Assembly (NCBI RefSeq): GCF_036365525.1
Contig: NC_090373.1
Location: forward strand, 119,713,909 to 119,777,908
Length of the DNA stretch: 64,000 nt
Direction of reading: 5' to 3'
Source of the DNA: Heterodontus francisci
Lineage: Eukaryota
Below are positions 37,370-48,959 of this stretch, one piece after another. The notes under the pieces are model-generated. The model was given only the letters and a program-made list of their open reading frames with translations, did no database searches and was not told the DNA's origin. Position numbers and translations under genes: made by a program. Positions within the stretch are counted from its first letter, which is position 1, and the number at the start of each line of letters is the position of its first letter.

Positions 37370-39385
37370 TCTTTTTAGGCAGTCCCTTGGGAACGAGAAT
37401 GACTTTCTTCCACTCCAGGGTTGTGAGTCCTTAGGTGACTGAATAGTCCTATTCTGAATTGGCACACTCTGCCACAGGTGGGGTAGGTGATGCATGATGA
37501 GGTGAGTGGATTGGACGCTCGAATTTCCGAACGCTTATTCCAGTGTTTGGACTTGGTCCCTGCCTGGGCATGTCAATGTTGTTTGAACTGGCTGGCACCT
37601 TCGCGGATGCTTCTTCTCCATTTTGCGTGGTCTCTGACAAGAGATTCCCACGAATCAGTGGAGATGTCACATTTTTTCAGGGAAGCTTTAAGGACATCCT
37701 TGTAGCGTTTCCTCTGCCCTCCTGGTAACCTCTTGCCGTGATGGACCTCAGAGTAGAAAGCTTGTTTTGGGAGTCTTGTGCCTGGCCTGCAGACGATGTA
37801 GCCCACCCAACGTAACTGACCAGTGTCTCAATAATGGGGATGTGGGCCTGAAAGAGGACACTGATATTGGAGTGCCTGTCCTGCCACTGAATTTGCAGGA
37901 TCTTGCGGAGGCAGCGCTGGTGATGTCTCTCCAGGGCTTTGATATGCCTGCTGTACAGTGTCCATGTTTCCGACGCATAATGGAGGGCAGGCAACACTGC
38001 GGCCCTGTAGACCCTGAGCTTGATGCAAGATTTGAGGTCTTCATCATCAAGCAGTCTTTTCCTCAGACAACCGAAGGCTGCCCTGGCACACTGCAGGTGA
38101 TGCTGAGTTTCATCCTCAATGTCTGCCCTTGCTAAGAGGAAGCTCCCAAGGTATGAGAAATGATCCACATTGTCCAGTGGTTCGCCATCAATCTTGATAC
38201 TCGGGGTGGGGGTGGGGGGTGGCGAGGCGGGCGTTGCGGGGGAGAGGGGGGCGGGGCGGGCGGTGGGCGGGGGGGGTGGGTGGTGACGGTGTTGCGCTGC
38301 GGGAGCTGGCTGGTAGAGGACCTTTGTCTTGCGGATGTTTAGCTTAAGGCCCATTCTTTCATATGCCTCTGTGAATGTATCAATTGGGGTTTGAAACTCA
38401 CCCTGAGTGTGCGCATATGCAAGCGTCGTCATGGTACTGGAACTCGATGAACCTTGGTTCTGGACTGGAGGTAATGTAGGTTAAATAGTTTCCCACTCAA
38501 CCTGTTGAGTAGATCTACTCTGGCAGGGAGCTTCATGGAAATGAGGTGGAGTGTTGCGGCGAGGAAGATGGAAAAGAGCGTTGGTTCGATGACAGAACCT
38601 TGCTTGACCCCAGTTTGCAGTCTGATTGGGTCAATGGCAGCTACATTGGCAAGGATTACAGCTTGCATGTCGTCGTGCAGTAGGCAGAGGATGGTGATGA
38701 ATTTCTTCGGGCAGCCAAATTTGAGGAGGATGTTCCATAATCCCTCCTGATTGATAGAGTCGAAGGCCATTGTGAGGTTAAAGAAGGCCATGTATAAAGG
38801 TTGCTGCTGCTCCCTACATTTTGCTTGGAGTTGTCTCGCTGTGAAGATCATGTCCACTGTGCCTCTTGATGGACGGAATCCATATTGCGATTGGGGATGG
38901 GGAGGAGGCGGTTGAGATATTCAAAATCATTAGGGGTCTGGACTGAGTAGATGGAGAGAAACTGTTCCCACTCGTGAAAGGATCGAGAATGAGAGGGCAC
39001 AGATTTAAAGTATTTGGTAAGAGAAGCAAAAGTGACATGAGGAAAAACTTTTTCACGCAGCAAGTGGTTAAGGTCTGGAATGCGCTGCCTGAGAATGTAG
39101 TGGAGGCAGGTTCAATCGAAGCATTCAAAAGGGAATTAGACTGTTTAATGAAAAGGAAGAATATGCAGGGTTATGGGGAGAAGGCAGGGGAATGGAACTG
39201 AGCGAATTGCTCTTCCGGAGAGCCAGTGCAGGCATGATGGGCCGAAGGGCCTCTGCACTGTAACGATTCTATGATTCTGTCATTCTATGACTCTTGTGAT
39301 GACCTTCCCTGTGGCGGACAACAGGGATAGCCCTCTATAGTTACCACAGTCGGACTTGTCACCTTTTTTGAAGATGGTCACAATT
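37370..39385 (-). mobile_element. RTE-clade (BovB-like) LINE fragment
   Basis: Reads DCGNYRGLSLLS, DMIFTARQLQAKCREQQQPLYMAF, LLKFGCPKKF, TGVKQG, LHYASETWTLY, HQRCLRKILQIQWQD. Confidence 0.88.
38915..39280 (+). mobile_element. CR1 3' fragment nested in the RTE
   Basis: Reads RGHRFKV..FFTQQVVKVWNALP, with an ATTCTATGATTCT tail. Confidence 0.85.
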
Positions 39386-40302
39386 ATGGCGATCCTCTGG
39401 AGGTAAGCAATAGCAGATGAGTGACCGTTCCTTGCACTACCAGGTTGGCATGCTGAGAGTGTGAGACAGCTACGTATCCTGCTGTTTGTGACCATTACCC
39501 GATATCTGCAATCTTGCATGCCCTTTCTCTGACAAGAATGTTGATGATGGACTCCTCTGTTGGTATTAGGATGTGTATAAAGGCAGAGCCTCCTCCGATC
39601 CTGGTGCACTCCCTTCTATTGCGTGTGCACTTCTGCAATAATGGAAGTGGGTTAGTCTGTGTGCTGTTGAAGAGTTCTGTAGATGTTTGAGGGGGCTCAG
39701 CATAATGTGTATGATGAGTAAGGAGCATTATGTGTGGCCAATGGGGGCACATAGTTGTAAAAGCAATAACAAGTCTTGACTATATCAGTACAATCAGCAG
39801 GAAGTATAATGGCATGTCCCATTGTGATCTGGGAAATGGGTGAGAGGAGAATTGATAGCTCTGGGGTTCAAATAAGGTAATTCAATGCTGTGCAGAGAAG
39901 AGAAATGTGAAAAAGAGGTTTCTTCTGGCAATCTTACTGAGGTCGTTAAATTTCTTCCCTCACTGCTGGTGGCATTTATCTGCTCTGACAACTCTCTCTA
40001 TTGCTACTGAGTAATTTGTTTATGTAACTATCACCATCGGAAGGGTAAAAGACATTCTTCTGCTACTCACTTGCTCTATGAACACCCACACAGTTATGTC
40101 AGAAAATCTAGGAGCCCTGGATGAAGTTATGCTGCATGCTGTCAGAAAATCATTTTCCACTAATTACCATTGAAAAGTGCAGCACTTCTTTAAAGGCTGA
40201 AAGCTGCCTTGAGTAGCTGCCACCCTGCTGGACCTCCTGCCCTCCTAATTTATGAGCTGCCTATAAAAAGTATGCTTAGTGCTCAAATGAGGCATGTTAC
40301 TG

Positions 40303-41525
40303 AAACAAAATACTGTGGATGCTGGAAATCTGAAATAAAAACAGAAACTGCCAGAAATACTGAACAAGTCAGGCAGCATCTAAAGAGAGGAAACTGAGCT
40401 AACGTTTCAGGTCTGTGACCTTTCATCAGAACTGGGAAAAGTTAGAAATGTAATAGGTATTAAGCAGGTGAAAGGGGGAGGGTGGAGAGAGATTAAATGA
40501 CAAAAGAGTTCATGGTACTAAGCCAAAGGGAGTGGTAATGAGACATGTAAAGAATCAGAAAATGTCTCTGGATGAGGTGTGAATGGCAGGATAATGAATA
40601 GCTGCCATCTGAAGGCAATGAAAAGGGAAAAGAAACGAGAGAAAGAAAAGCAAACCAACAAAGAAAAAGGAAATAAAATAGGAGCAGAGGTTATGATGTA
40701 AAATTGAACTCTGTTGATTCCAGAAGGCTAAGAAGTGCCCAATAGGAAGATAAGGTGCTGTTCCTCAAGCTTGTATTGAACTTGGTTGGAACACTGCAGG
40801 AGGCCGAGGACAAAAAGGTCAGAGTGGGAGCAAAGTGCAGAATTAAAATGACAGGCAATTGGAAGGTCTGGATTATGCTTGCGGACTGAATGGAGGTGTT
40901 CCGCAAAGTGGTCATCAAGTCTATATTTGGTCTCACAATGTAGAGGAGACCATATCATAAGCAGGAAATACAGTATATTAAATTGAAAGAAGCACAAGTA
41001 AATCACTGTTACACCTGGAAGGAGTGTTTGGAGCCTTGGACAGTGAAAAGGGAGGAGGTAAGAAGGAAAGGTGTTGCATCTTCTGCGCTTGCATGGAAAG
41101 GTGCCGTAGGCAGAGAAGAAGGTTTTCGGGGTGATTGAGAAATGGCCCAGGGTGTCGTGGAGGGAATGGTCTCTTCAGAATTCTGAAAGGAGAGAGGAAG
41201 AGAAGATGTGTTTGGTGGTGGCATCATGCTGGAGGTGGTGAAAATGGCGAGGATGATCAGTTGAATACCGAGGCTGGTGAGTGGAAGCTGCAGACAAGGA
41301 GATCTTTATCGTGGTTCCAAGAAGGTGGGGAAGGAGAGAGAGCATAAGTGCGTAAAATGGAATGGACTCCGTAAACCATAGTGTGAGGGGTGTCAGCCTC
41401 AGCTGAGGAAAAGGGAAGACATATTGGAAGCTCTAGTATGGAAGGTTACATCATCAGAACAGATGTGACAAAGGCGGAGAAATTGCGAGAATGGAATTAA
41501 TGTCCTGACAGGAAGCAGTTTGTGA
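40303..41525 (-). mobile_element. Penelope-like element fragment (RT thumb, GIY-YIG, pLTR)
   Basis: The reverse strand reads IPFSQFLRLCHICSD and NLIYCISC..LYIVETKYRLDDHFAEH..PIACHFN. The pLTR carries a hammerhead motif. Confidence 0.85.
40397..40433 (-). ncRNA. Minimal type I hammerhead ribozyme motif (PLE pLTR)
   Basis: AGTT-CTGATGA-A-AGGTC-ACA-GACCT-GAAA-CGTT-AGCT. Confidence 0.75.
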
Positions 41526-42313
41526 GGACATGCATTCAAGACCTGATACTGGTTGCAATCAAATGAGGCCTGATCAGAAAAATAGCTTGTGTTTCCGACT
41601 GACTGCATCTGACAGGCAGATCAGACGCACTGCCGACCAATCTATGCTACACAGAAATATCTACCCTTATCCTGTGGAACACCAGGCTGAATTTTCAGGC
41701 CTCCTGCTTAATGGAATCAGGATGGTAGCATCAGGAATATGGTGGGTCATTATCTAATGCCATATTGCCCTCTCACTATACCAATGGCAATTAGTATAGC
41801 TAATTCAGGTGCTAGGCGCATTTAACATGCTAATAGGCAAGCTATGACATACATAGGACTCTGCCATTTTTGGTTTTAACCTTGATTGGTATCGTTTGGC
41901 AGTCTGCCAAAAAGGATCCTAAAGATAGGTTCCTCCAGGTTCCACAAAACCTGCATGATCCACTGTCGCTTCACTTCTCTCCCCCATCATCTGAGATTGG
42001 GGCCCCTCCTTCTTAACTACCCTCTTGCCATTCTGCCAAAATTGTGATGGACTGGTCCCACTTGGATGCCACAGGACTCTCAAACTACAGCTGCAGCCTA
42101 CTGGCAAAATGCACCAGTCCTCATGCTGCAACTCCCAGACAACTGACTAGTGCATTTTGCCAGGCAGCTGCCTGAAGTCCACTTAGGGGGAGAATCCACC
42201 CCATACTTACTGCCTTTATCATTTGTGGTGAACACTTCTGAAAATATAAAATAACAACAGAAGATGCTGGAAATACTCAGCAGGTCTGGCAGCATTTGTG
42301 GAAAGAGAGACAG

Positions 42314-42350
42314 AGTTAACGTTTCAGGTCTGTGACCTTTCATCAGAACT
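42314..42350 (-). ncRNA. Minimal type I hammerhead ribozyme motif (intact core)
   Basis: AGTT-CTGATGA-A-AGGTC-ACA-GACCT-GAAA-CGTT-AACT: stem I AGTT/AACT, stem II AGGTC/GACCT, palindromic stem III, GUU triplet. Confidence 0.8.
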
Positions 42351-42688
42351 GGCAAAGGTTAGAAATGTAATAGGCTTTGCACAAGTGAAAAGGGGGAGGG
42401 GGAAGAAGAACTAAAGAGGACCGAGGGCAGGAGAGATTAAATGACAAAGATGTTACGGAACAAAGGCAAAGGGAGTGCTAATAGTTGTATTAAAAGTCAA
42501 AGCATTAGTCCAGAGAGACTGTTAATGGTAGAATAATGAACAGCTCTGTCCAAAAGCAAAAACCTGAAAAACAAGTTTAAGATAATCCATGGTTAAAAAA
42601 AATTAAAAAGGGCAGTCATGCTCTGAAATTGTTGAACTCAATGTTGAGTCAACAAGGAGAAAGAGTGCCTAATCAGAAGATGAGATGC

Positions 42689-45600
42689 TTTTTTTTATTC
42701 AATCATGGGATGTGGGCGTCACTAGTTAGGCCAGCATTTATTGCCCATCCCTAATTGCCCTTGAGAAGGTGGTGGTGAGCTGCCATCCTGAACCGCTGGA
42801 GTCCATATAGGGTAGGTTCACCAACAGTGCTGTTCAGGAGGGAGTTCTAGGATTTTGACCCAGCGACAGTGAAGGAGCGGCGATATAGTTCCAAGTCAGG
42901 ATGGTGTGTGGCTTAGAGGGGAACTTGCTGGTGGTGGTGTTCCCAAGCATCAGCTGCCCTTGTCCTTCTAGGTGGTAGCGGTCGTGGGTTTGGAAGGTGC
43001 TGTCTCAGGAGCCTTGGTGTGTTTCTCCAGTGCATCTTGAAGATGGTACACACTGCTGCCACTGTGTATCGCTAGTGGAGGAAGTGAATGTTGTGGATGG
43101 GGTGCCAATCAAGCGAGCTGCTTTGTCCTGGATGGTGTTGAGCTTCTTGAGTGTTGTTGGAGCTGTAACCATCCAGGCAACTGGAGAATATTCCACCATA
43201 CTCCTGACTTGCACCTTGTAGATGGTGGACAGGCTTTGGGGAGTCAGGACGTGAGTTACTTGCTGCAGGATTCCTAGCCTCTGGCCTGCTCTTGTACTCA
43301 TTATTTATATGGCTACTCCAGTTCAGTTTCAGGTCAATGATAACCCTCCAGGATGTTGATAGCGTGGGATTCAGGGATTGCAATGCCACTGAATGTCAAG
43401 GGGAGATGGTTAGATTCTCTCTTGTTGGAGATGGCCATTGCCTGGCACTTGTGTGGCGCGAATGTTACTTGCTACTTATCAGCCCAAGCCTAGCTATTGT
43501 CCAGGTCTTGCTGCATTTCTACACGGACTGCTTCAGTATCTGAGAAATTGCGAATGGTGCTGAATATTGTGCAATCATCAGTGAACATCCCCACTTCTGA
43601 CGTTATGATTGAAGGAAGGTCATTGATGAAGCAGCTGAAGATGGTTGGACTTAGGATACTACCCTGAGGATCTCCTGCAGTGATGTCCTGGAGCTGAGAC
43701 GATTGACCTCCAACAACCACAACCACCTTCCTTTGCGTTAGGTACGATTCCAACCAGCGGAGAGTTTTCCCCTTGATTCCCATTGACTCCAGCTTTGCTA
43801 GGGCACCTTGATGTCATACACGATCAAATGCAGCATTGATGTCAAGGGCAGTCACTCTCACCTCACCTCTTGAGTTCAGCTCTTTTGTCCATGTTTGAAC
43901 TAAGGCTGTAATGAGGTCAGGAGCTGAGTGGCCTTGGCAGAACCCAAACTGAGCATCACTGAGCTAAACAAGTGCCGCATGACAGCACTGTTGACGACAC
44001 CTTCCATTACTTTACTTTGATTGAGAGTAGACTGAAGGGGCGGTATTTGGCTAGGTTGGACTTGTATACAAAAAGCAGGACATACCTGAGCAATTTTCCA
44101 CATTGCTGGGTAGATGCCAATGTTGTAGCTGTACTGGAACAGCTTGGCTAGGTGCACAGCAAGTTCTGGAGCACAGAACTATTGCCGGAATGTTGTCAGG
44201 GCCCATAGCCTTTGCAGTATCCAGTGCCTTCAGTCGTTGCTTGATATCACGTGGAGTGAATTGAATTGGCTGAAGACTGGCATCTGTGATGCTAAGGACT
44301 TCAGGAGGAGACCGAGGTGGATCATCCGCTCGGCACTTCTGGCTGACGATTATTGCAAATGCTTCAGCCTTGTCTTTTGCACTGATGTGCTGGGCTCCCC
44401 CATTATTGAGGATGGGAATATTTGTGAAGCCACCTTCTCCAGTTAGTTGTTTAATTGTCCACCCTCATTCATGACTGAGTGTGGCAGGACTGCAGAGCTT
44501 AGGTCTGATCTGTTGGTTATGGGATTGCTTAGCTCTGTCTATCGCATGCTGCTTATGCTGTTTGGCACGCAAGTAGTCCTCGGTTGTAGCTTCACCAGAA
44601 TGACACCTGATTTTGAGGTATGCCTGGTGCTGCTCCTGGAATGCCCTTCTGTACTCTTCATTGAACCAGAGTTGGTCCCCCAGCTTGATGGTAATGGTAG
44701 AGTGGGGGATATGCCGGGTCATGAGGTTACAGATTGTGGTTGAGTACAATTCTGCTGTTGCTGATGGCCCACAGCGCCTCATGGGTGCCCAGTTTTGCAT
44801 TGCTTGATCTGTTCAAAATCTATTCCATTTAGTACGGTGGTGGTGTCAAACAACACGATGGAGGGTATCCTCAATGTGAAGATGGGACTTTGTTTCCACA
44901 AGGACTGTGAAGTGGTCACTCCTACCAATATTGTCATGGACAGATGCATCTGTGGCAGGCAGATTGGTGACAACGAGGTGAAGTATATTTTTCTCTCTTG
45001 TTGGTTCCCTCACCACCTGCCGCAGACCCAGTCTAGCAGCTATGTCCTTTAGGACTTGGCCAGCTCGGTCAGTAGTGGTGCTACCAAGTCACTCGGTGAT
45101 GGACGTGGATGTCTACCACCCAGAGTACATTCTGTACCCTTGCCACCCTCAGTGCTTCCTCCAAGTGCTGTTCCCCATGGAGTACTGATTCATCAGCTGA
45201 GGCGGGGGCAGTAGGTGGTAATCAGCAGGAGGTTTCCTTGCCCATGTTTGACCTGATGCCATGAGACGTCATGAGGTCTGGAGCCGATGTTGAGGACTCC
45301 CAGGGCAACTATCTCCCAACCACTGTGCCACCACCTCAGCAAGGTCTTTCCTGCCGGTGGGACAGGACATACCTGAGGATGCTGATGGTGGTGTCTGGGA
45401 CATTGTAAGATATGATTCGGTGAGTATGACTGTGTCAGGCTGTTGCTTAACTAGTCTGTGGCACAAGCCACCAGATGTTGGTAAGGAGGACTTTGCAGAG
45501 TCGACAGGGCTGTGTTTGCTGTCGTAATTTCCGGTGCCTAGGTCAATGCCAGGTGGTCCATCTGGTTCAATTCCTTATTGACTTTGTAGCGGTTAGATAC

Positions 45601-45862
45601 AACTGAGTGGCTTGCTCGGCCATTTCAGAGAGCATTAAGAGTCAACCACATTGCTGTGCGTCTGGTGTCACATGTAGGCCAGACCAGATAAGGACAGCAG
45701 ATTCCTTCCCTCGACAATGGCCTTCATTCGACTAGCTTCTAATTCCAGATTTATTAATTTAATTCAAATTCTATCTTCTATTTTGGGATGCGAACCCATG
45801 ACCCCAGAGCAATACTCTGGGTTTCTGGGTTACTAGTCCAGTGACAATACCACTACGCCACC
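42689..45862 (-). mobile_element. tRNA-headed single-ORF APE-RT non-LTR retrotransposon, copy 2 (full length), nested in the Penelope element
   Basis: A box TGGCGTAGTGG (45850-45860), B box GGTTCGCATCCC (45785-45796), core, degenerate APE-RT and poly(A). Host PLE sequence stops at 42688 and resumes at ~45861. Confidence 0.92.
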
Positions 45863-48542
45863 TCAAGTTTGCATTGAGGTTTATTGGAACACTGCAGCAG
45901 CCCAAGGACAGAAATGTTGGCATGGGAGCAGGGCGGTGAATTAAAATGGCAAGCAACAAGAACCTCAGGGTCGTGCTTGCAGACTGAGTGGAAGTATTCC
46001 GCAAAGTGGTCACCCAATCTGCATTTGGTCTCCTCCATGTAGAGCTGACCACATTGTAAGCATCGAATACAGTATACTAAATTGAAAGAAGTACACGTAA
46101 ATCACTATTTCACCTGGATGGAGTGTTTGGGGCCTTTACTGATAAGGAGAGAGGAGGTAAAAGGGTAAGTATTACACCTCCTGTGATTGCATGGGGAAGT
46201 GCCGTGGGAAGGGGTCGAGGTGTAGTGGACCAGGGTGTCATGGAGGGAACGATTCCTTTGGAATGCTGACAGCAGAGGGGAGGGTAAGATGTGTTTGGTG
46301 GTGGCGGAAATGACAGAGGAGGATCCTTTGGATGTGAAGGCTGGTGGGGTAGGAAGTGAGGACAAGGGGAACCCTGTTCCGGTCCTGGGAGGGAGGGGAA
46401 GAGGTGAAGAAAGTGCGGGAAATGAGTCAGCCAGAAGTTGAAAAGTTGAGGAAGGGAAGGGAAGTGTCTGAGATGAACCATGCGAAGGTGAGAGAAGGGT
46501 GAAAATTGGAAGCAAAGTTGATGACATTTTCCAGTTTGGGCAGGAGCAGGAAACAGCACCGATGCATTCATCAATATACCAGAAAAAGAGTTGAGGGAGG
46601 GTCCTGAATAGGACTGGAACAAGGAATATTTGAAATACTGCACAAAAAGACAGGCATAACTGGGACCTAAAATCAGGAGGTGAGTGGAGTTAAGGAGAAG
46701 TTGTTCATTGTGAGAACAAGTTCAGCCAGGTGGAGGAATGTGGTGGTGGATTGGGACTGGTTGAGCCTCTGTTCAAGCAAGTAGCAGAGAACCCTCAGAC
46801 TGTCCTGGTAGGGGATGGAGGTATGGACAGAACGGATGTCCATTGTGAAGAGGAGGCAGTTAGGGCCAGCAAACTGGAAATTGTCGAAATGATGTGGGGC
46901 ATCAGAAGAGTCATGGATGTAGGTGGAAGAGACTGGACCAGGGGAGAAAAGTCAAGATAGGAAGAAATAAGTTCCATGGGGCAGGAACAGGCTGAAATAA
47001 TGGGTCTACTGGGACAGTCCTGTTTGTGGAGTTTGGGAAGGAGGTAAAAGCAGGCTCTCTGGGGTTGCGGGACAATGAGGTGGGTCGCGGTAGAGGTAAG
47101 ACCCTGCTTCCTGTAAGGACTCAATTCCATTCCCCCAGTTTCTCAATCTATGATGCATTTGTTCTGACGATGCTACCTTCCACAACAATGCTTCTGATAT
47201 GTCGTCCTTTCTCCTCAACTGAGGATTCCCCCCCCTCCCCCACCAACTGTGGTTGACAGGCCCCTCAACCGTGTCCAACCATTTCCCACACTTCTGCTCT
47301 CACCCCTTCCCCTCCCTCCCAGAACCACAACAGGGTTTCCCTTGTCCTCACTTTCCACCCACCAGCCTTCACATCCAAAGAATCATCTCTACCATTTCTG
47401 CCACTTCGAGCGTGATACCACCACCAAACACATCTTCCCCTCCCCTCTGTCATTTCTGTCCTTGGCCTGCTGCAGTGTTCCAGTGAGCCTCAACACAAGC
47501 TCAAGGAACAGTACCTCATCTTCCGATTAGGCACTCTACAGCCTTCTAGACTCAACATTGACTTCAACAATTTCAGAGCATTGCTACCTTTTTTTTATCT
47601 TATTTTATTTTTTAACCATGGATTATCTTAAACTTTCAGGTTTTTGTTTTTGGATAGAGCTGTTCATTATTCTGCCACTAACGCTCTCTCTGGATTAATG
47701 CAGCTGTTCGCACTCGCTTTGCTTTTGTTCTTTGACATCTTTGTCATTTAATCTCTCCTGCCCTCTGTTCTATCACACACCTTCCCTTTAGTTCTTCTAC
47801 CCCTCTCCCCCTTTTCACTTGTTCAAAGCCTATTACATTTCTAACTTTGTCAGTTCTGATAAAAGGTCGCAGACCTGAAATGTTAATTCTGTTTCTCACT
47901 CCACATATGCTGCCAGACCTGCTGAGTATTTCCAGCACTTTGTTTTTATTTCAGATTTCCAGCATTTGCAGTATATAGCTTTTACTTTTGAAAGTATAAT
48001 GTTGAAAATTCAAGATAAATATACACCCTCAAAAAAAATCTAATGTTAATTATTAATTACATAAACAGTCCCCAAGATGGATCAATAAAGTGATTAAAAT
48101 ATGGATAAGAAATTAGGAACTCTACAAGGCAAAAGAGGGGCAGAAATGCATTAATGAGGTTATGTATTGCAATATGAGCATTTGGGTACTAGAGGGATGA
48201 ACTTTGTCATGAAAATATCAATGCTGTAACACCAGTTAATAACTTGGAATATAATTAGATTCTAATGATCAAAATGTTAGATCTAATGCTTTGCCAAATT
48301 GAAAATAGGTTCAATGATTAAAAAATGAATGTGAGTTCTAGTTTATCTTATAATTTTTCAAGAAACAAATGAATAAATTGTAACTGCCATTCATTCACTG
48401 TCTAAATTATTAGGATCTCCAATTAACTTTTTTATATTTTACCTATCTGCCAAGTTTTAAGAATAATGACATTGTGTGTGCAAGCTAAATAATTCAGAAA
48501 GTTGTAAAATGTAACTGTATTTTTCATTTTGATCCCTAACAG

Positions 48543-48631
48543 ATCTTAGATGAAGGAGATTTAAATAATGATGGCATGTTGTCATTTGCAGAATTTGAAA
48601 ACATAATCGATAGAGCACCTGACTTTCAAAA
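48543..48631 (+). CDS. CIB4: CIB4-like coding exon 6 (EF-hand DLNNDGMLSFAE)
   Basis: ctaacAG acceptor, 89 nt, GTAAGT donor; translates ILDEGDLNNDGMLSFAEFENIIDRAPDFQ. Confidence 0.93.
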
Positions 48632-48959
48632 GTAAGTCATATGGAAAATAAGCTTATTTTCAAGGAAACAAAATCTTTGGCTTACCAAATAGAATATATA
48701 TTATTTTCATACTTTTTAAAGAACCAGTAAATGAGCATTTATTATTTTCCCTGTAACACTGCCACAGTGTCCCCGTTAGCAGGCTGAATGCATATTTCTG
48801 ACCACAGCATTTTCTGAAACTGATTCACCCTAAATTTGAAAACAAATTGTCTTAAAGTTACCTAGACAATTTGCTCACCCTACTTGCCAACCATTAAAAA
48901 TCCTACTAAAAGAGGCTGGTGGAGTTGATGAGTATACAAGGCTAATAGAAGTGATGGCA

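Larger units (their letters stand above)
42250..47983. mobile_element. Penelope-like insertion with inverted pLTRs (- strand body, + strand inverted 3' segment from ~47100)
   Basis: RT remnants FYLLPKLHK, RPIISAC, LFTMDI and GIY-YIG ETKCRLGDHFAE. pLTRs sit at both ends in opposite orientation. 16-bp TSD-like ACTTCTGAAAATATAA (42234-42249) / ACTTTTGAAAGTATAA (47984-47999). Confidence 0.82.

Noticed and set aside
45780-45862. Possible tRNA gene (A and B boxes)
   Set aside because: No convincing cloverleaf or acceptor stem and no oligo-T terminator; it continues into a retroelement body. The same applies to the V-SINE and DeuSINE heads.
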